Origin: an uncultured archaeon
GTDB lineage: Archaea > Asgardarchaeota > Jordiarchaeia > Jordiarchaeales > Jordiarchaeaceae
Length of the DNA: 28,593 nucleotides
Assembly: GCA_964510585.1 (NCBI GenBank)
Contig: CAZECW010000054.1
Coordinates: 1-28,593 of the forward strand
Direction of reading: 5' to 3'
Shown here: piece after piece, positions 25,607 to 28,593 of the stretch
How the letters are laid out: every line of letters starts with the position of its first letter
Position numbering within the stretch: the stretch's first letter is position 1
Notes under the pieces: generated by a model
What the model saw: the letters and a program-made list of their open reading frames with translations, nothing else
Database searches by the model: none
Told to the model about the DNA's origin: nothing
Translations under genes and position numbers: made by a program

Positions 25607-26551
25607 GTGGCGGTGAAGAATCCCTTGGAAAACTTGGTAATGATAAAGGGCGAGAAACCCTTATGGCCCTCATCCTCAAATGTCCTCGTAATTCGGGACA
25701 GTGACGGTCTCATAATGGTTGAAGCGGGATGCGGGGGCAAAGAGTTTTCCCAGAGACTGGTCAACAAAATGCGTTCAATGGGATTACCCCCAGAAAAGGT
25801 ACATACTATAGTTTTATCCCATGCACACCCCGACCACATGGGAGGAATTTCTACCTTTCTTAAAATAAGTCAACCCACGGTAATCATATCCGAAATAGAT
25901 GCCCCCTCAGCCCGCAACCCCCATCTCCTAACTCATTCCTTTGATGTTCTAATGGGCAAAGAGTATTTCCCCGAGTTGGGATTCAAAGACTCTGGTCTAG
26001 ACCTCTTAACCCTTTTCGAAAAAATATCAAACTGTCCTATGGCCAGCGCTGAACCGGATAAAACCGTTAAGGAGGGCGACAAAATTCAAATGGGCGACTA
26101 CCTGTTTGAGGTTCTACACACTCCGGGACATTCACCAGGCCACATTTCACTTGTGGACCGAGAAGAGAAAATCTGCTACTCGGGAGACGTGGTGGGTGAT
26201 ATGGTTGCTTGGTACTCGCCGAGTTCAGGAGGAGTCCTAGGATACCTTAACAGTCTGGAAAAAATTGAAAAGTTTGACTTGGAGAAAATTTATCCCTCCC
26301 ACGGTGAAATAATTACCGAAAAAGAAAAGGCCATAGGGCGAATCAGAGGAAAACTCTACGAGAGAGAAAATCTCATTCTAAAAGAACTCGAAACTGGACC
26401 AAAACAATTTAGAGAACTAGTTGAAAAAATGTTCCCGAGCCCCAACCAACAGTTTTTCCCCGGAGTCCAAATATTGGAAAGCCACCTCATCAAGCTAGAA
26501 AAAGAAAAAAAGATCACCCGCCAAAACCATCTAGTAATGCAACTAAAATAA
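25607..26551 (+). CDS. Metallo-beta-lactamase-fold hydrolase with C-terminal winged helix
   Basis: SHAHPDHMGG, HTPGHSPGH, SGDVV, PSHG. Confidence 0.94.
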   Translation: MAVKNPLENLVMIKGEKPLWPSSSNVLVIRDSDGLIMVEAGCGGKEFSQRLVNKMRSMGLPPEKVHTIVLSHAHPDHMGGISTFLKISQPTVIISEIDAPSARNPHLLTHSFDVLMGKEYFPELGFKDSGLDLLTLFEKISNCPMASAEPDKTVKEGDKIQMGDYLFEVLHTPGHSPGHISLVDREEKICYSGDVVGDMVAWYSPSSGGVLGYLNSLEKIEKFDLEKIYPSHGEIITEKEKAIGRIRGKLYERENLILKELETGPKQFRELVEKMFPSPNQQFFPGVQILESHLIKLEKEKKITRQNHLVMQLK

Positions 26552-26630
26552 CTCCCAAAAAAATTATGCGTGTAGAACTTCCTCTGGAATTGAAGACCGT
26601 GAAATAAAGAATGTAAGGCTACATGTAAGC

Positions 26631-27401
26631 TCAATAATAGATAATGCTTGAGTCGGGCTCTATCTCATAATATAGTTTTGTGGTGTCAATTGGAAATTGA
26701 GCCTTTATCACCTGCATATAGTTTCTTAATTTTTCCCCTGCCTCCTCCACTTTAAATTGAATTATTACATCGCTAAGCTGAGATAATATGGCCCTAAACT
26801 TGGTTTCATGGGCGTCCATATTTAACATGTAGAAGGCCAGATCACCGTAATGCTTGTGGAAACGTATGACTCGCCTATAAAATCTTGCAACTTCCTCCTC
26901 GGGTACTCCCATAGAGAGATCGGTTAAGCTTCCAAATATCCAAATAGCCCACGAGTCTAAAGGCAAGCTTTCTCTAACACTCCTCATAAGGGAAAACAAC
27001 CTGTCAGTGTCAAAGGGTTCATCCAGAGTATAAACCTCTTTCCGCAAATTTAATCTTTCATTAGGGGGCTGGCCAGAAAAACAGTCAATAATCCTTATCC
27101 TATCAAAATTAATAAACTCCTTACTACTTTGAACCCCTTCTCCCTTGCGCCAAGAAGACGTCGCCATAAAAAGTAAATCCTCAACTGGCCTAGCATAGTC
27201 CACTATTATCAAATAGAATTCCCTTTTGCTTGCGATGGGCATACTTAAGTTTATAAACTCCCATTGTCTGAAACCGGTCTGATGAAGTATTAAAACTATG
27301 GAATTACTTAAAATTCCCCCACCTAAACGCTCATCTAACTTTTGTATGCCGGTACTAATCAAACCATACTTAATTGAATTGCTACTTGAAGAAATGTCCA
27401 A
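26631..27401 (-). CDS. KaiC/RAD55-like RecA-fold protein with degenerate Walker A
   Basis: ISTGIQKLDERLGGGI, then HQTGFRQW where GxxGxGKT is expected; IIDCFS, LSDVIIQF, YMQVIKA. Confidence 0.8.
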   Translation of the reverse strand: MDISSSSNSIKYGLISTGIQKLDERLGGGILSNSIVLILHQTGFRQWEFINLSMPIASKREFYLIIVDYARPVEDLLFMATSSWRKGEGVQSSKEFINFDRIRIIDCFSGQPPNERLNLRKEVYTLDEPFDTDRLFSLMRSVRESLPLDSWAIWIFGSLTDLSMGVPEEEVARFYRRVIRFHKHYGDLAFYMLNMDAHETKFRAILSQLSDVIIQFKVEEAGEKLRNYMQVIKAQFPIDTTKLYYEIEPDSSIIYY

Positions 27402-27593
27402 TGCTCCACCTGTAGTATTCTTTAATTCTGGGTTCCGTTTAGCTTCTATTATAGCGGTCCAGCCTCCCCAACCTTTTAACTAAATAAATTTCAGATTCAT
27501 CTAAATGTTTAATACTGATTTACTTTTATTGGCAAACAGTGCTTTATTTTTGCTCTGCGCTATTACGCTTTAGTTATTTTTAAAAATTTTTTG

Positions 27594-27788
27594 GTCATCC
27601 AGCCGGCAAAGTTAATTGTGCGTCACCTGTTGTGGGCGGGTTTGGATTGCGAAAGAAACTCTCAAAATTAATCCCTAAAAGTGAGCATTTTGGGCGTAGA
27701 AAAAATCCCATTTTAGGCGTAAAAGGTGGAAACCGCAAAACTACACCACCCACAGTAGGTGACGCTAAGCAAATTGCGTCATCCAGCC
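27594..27788 (+). other. Structured non-coding element (candidate ncRNA or decayed MITE)
   Basis: 17-bp helix 27620-27636 with 27749-27765, including two G-U pairs, flanked by the direct repeat GTCATCCAGCC (27594-27604 and 27778-27788). Confidence 0.6.
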
Positions 27789-27927
27789 CTACCGCATAAT
27801 TTTACAAATTCTAAATTTAAGTAAGGTAGACTGCCAATTTTGTAAGAAAATAAATAAAAATTGTGCGATATTATGTGTTGCCTCTTTCACTTACCTTTTT
27901 AGTAAGTAACTTTATTTTAAATAAACT

Positions 27928-27935
27928 TTTAAATA
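27928..27935 (+). promoter_or_regulatory. TATA box candidate for the ArsR-like gene
   Basis: TTTAAATA ~38 nt upstream of ATG 27973. Confidence 0.5.
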
Positions 27936-27972
27936 CGCTGGTTGCCTAATAATTAACTTGGGGTGCAGATAC

Positions 27973-28374
27973 ATGATTCCAAGAATAAGGAAACTAAGGA
28001 TAATCACAAAGAGCGGGAAGGTGATACTGGAAGAGGATGTGAGTTCCAAAATTGTGGAAGCTCAGGATCTAGACACTGTGATAAATTTATTGAGAATGAT
28101 TTCCAACGAGTCCCGTTTCAAAATAATGCGTCTAATAGCTGAAAAAAACAACCCTGTTAGTTTTACAGAGTTACACCGATTAGCAGGCTACAGCCAAAAA
28201 ACCATAGCTCAAGCATTAGAGGACTTGCTACGCATCAGGGCCATATCAAAAGAGTACGATGGGTACATGCTATCAATAATCGGCAAACTGTTAATGAGAC
28301 AACTAACAGAAATAGCAAGCATAATTAAAAAGGTCAAGGAATTACAAGACCTACAATTAGATTTCGAGTTTTAA
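27973..28374 (+). CDS. ArsR/SmtB-type winged-HTH transcriptional regulator
   Basis: LLRMISNESRFKIMRLI...VSFTELHRLAGYSQKTIAQALEDL...YMLSIIG. ATG 27973 preferred over TTG 27958. Confidence 0.85.
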   Translation: MIPRIRKLRIITKSGKVILEEDVSSKIVEAQDLDTVINLLRMISNESRFKIMRLIAEKNNPVSFTELHRLAGYSQKTIAQALEDLLRIRAISKEYDGYMLSIIGKLLMRQLTEIASIIKKVKELQDLQLDFEF

Positions 28375-28392
28375 AAAAATGTGTTGTCAGGG

Positions 28393-28428
28393 TGGCAGAG
28401 CATAAAATTTTGTGCAAAGAATCTGCCA
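28393..28428. terminator. Stem-loop between the ArsR gene and the IS right end
   Basis: TGGCAGA/TCTGCCA outer stem enclosing the self-complementary GCATAAAATTTTGTGC. Confidence 0.4.
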
Positions 28429-28448
28429 TAACCATTTTCCCACTTTCA

Positions 28449-28593
28449 TTGACACTCCCCGCGACTAAAGTCGGGGGATTCTTGGAAGCTCATATTTGAA
28501 CCTCCAATGGGTGTGCCATCACCCAGTTAATGTGCCCTCCGTTATAGACGGCACCTATGTTCAATGCCCCTGCCACATCTCGGTGCGCTTCAA
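28449..28593 (-). mobile_element. IS200/IS605-family right end (omegaRNA region), truncated by window edge
   Basis: The minus strand reads ...CAAGAATCCCCCGACTTTAGTCGCGGGGAGTGTCAA, ending at 28449, downstream of a TnpB C-terminus. Confidence 0.92.
28490..28591 (-). CDS. tnpB: TnpB RNA-guided nuclease, C-terminal fragment (partial)
   Basis: Translates EAHRDVAGALNIGAVYNGGHINWVMAHPLEVQI*. HRDVAGALNI matches the TnpB RuvC-III (D/H)RDxxAAxNI motif. Confidence 0.9.
   Translation of the reverse strand, partial: EAHRDVAGALNIGAVYNGGHINWVMAHPLEVQI

Noticed and set aside
27889-27925. Short AT-rich inverted repeats upstream of the ArsR-like gene
   Set aside because: 6-7 bp arms in very AT-rich sequence are expected by chance.
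1-28593. CRISPR array, tRNA, rRNA, integrase or viral genes
   Set aside because: No regularly spaced repeats, cloverleafs, rRNA signatures or integrase/capsid motifs were seen.

Overview
Archaeal chromosomal window, most likely from an Asgard archaeon. This is inferred from a Rab-like GTPase and a roadblock/MglA pair sitting beside archaeal-type RadA, FEN1 and a Hel308/Ski2 helicase; no database search was run. Both ends carry inward-facing IS200/IS605 (tnpB) right ends, so the window is probably a contig broken at repeats. The centre is a divergon around an ~800 bp intergenic region. The left arm (minus strand) runs HTH, membrane protein, SWIM-containing Hel308-like helicase, Zn-ribbon/wHTH protein, RadB-like protein, membrane protein, FEN1-like nuclease, then roadblock, MglA-like GTPase and a possibly DENN-like protein. 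The right arm (plus strand) runs small Cys protein, divergent RadA, M28-like surface protein, 3-TM protein, and a membrane-anchored VirB4/HerA-like protein split by a canonical -1 slippery site. Together these may form an undescribed DNA uptake/exchange-and-repair locus (inference). Other directly visible oddities: a surface-protein gene that needs a CTG start, a domain shared by the two surface proteins, an abrupt synonymous codon switch inside the Rab-like gene, and a 17-bp G-U-containing helix flanked by 11-bp direct repeats. No CRISPR array, rRNA or tRNA was recognised.
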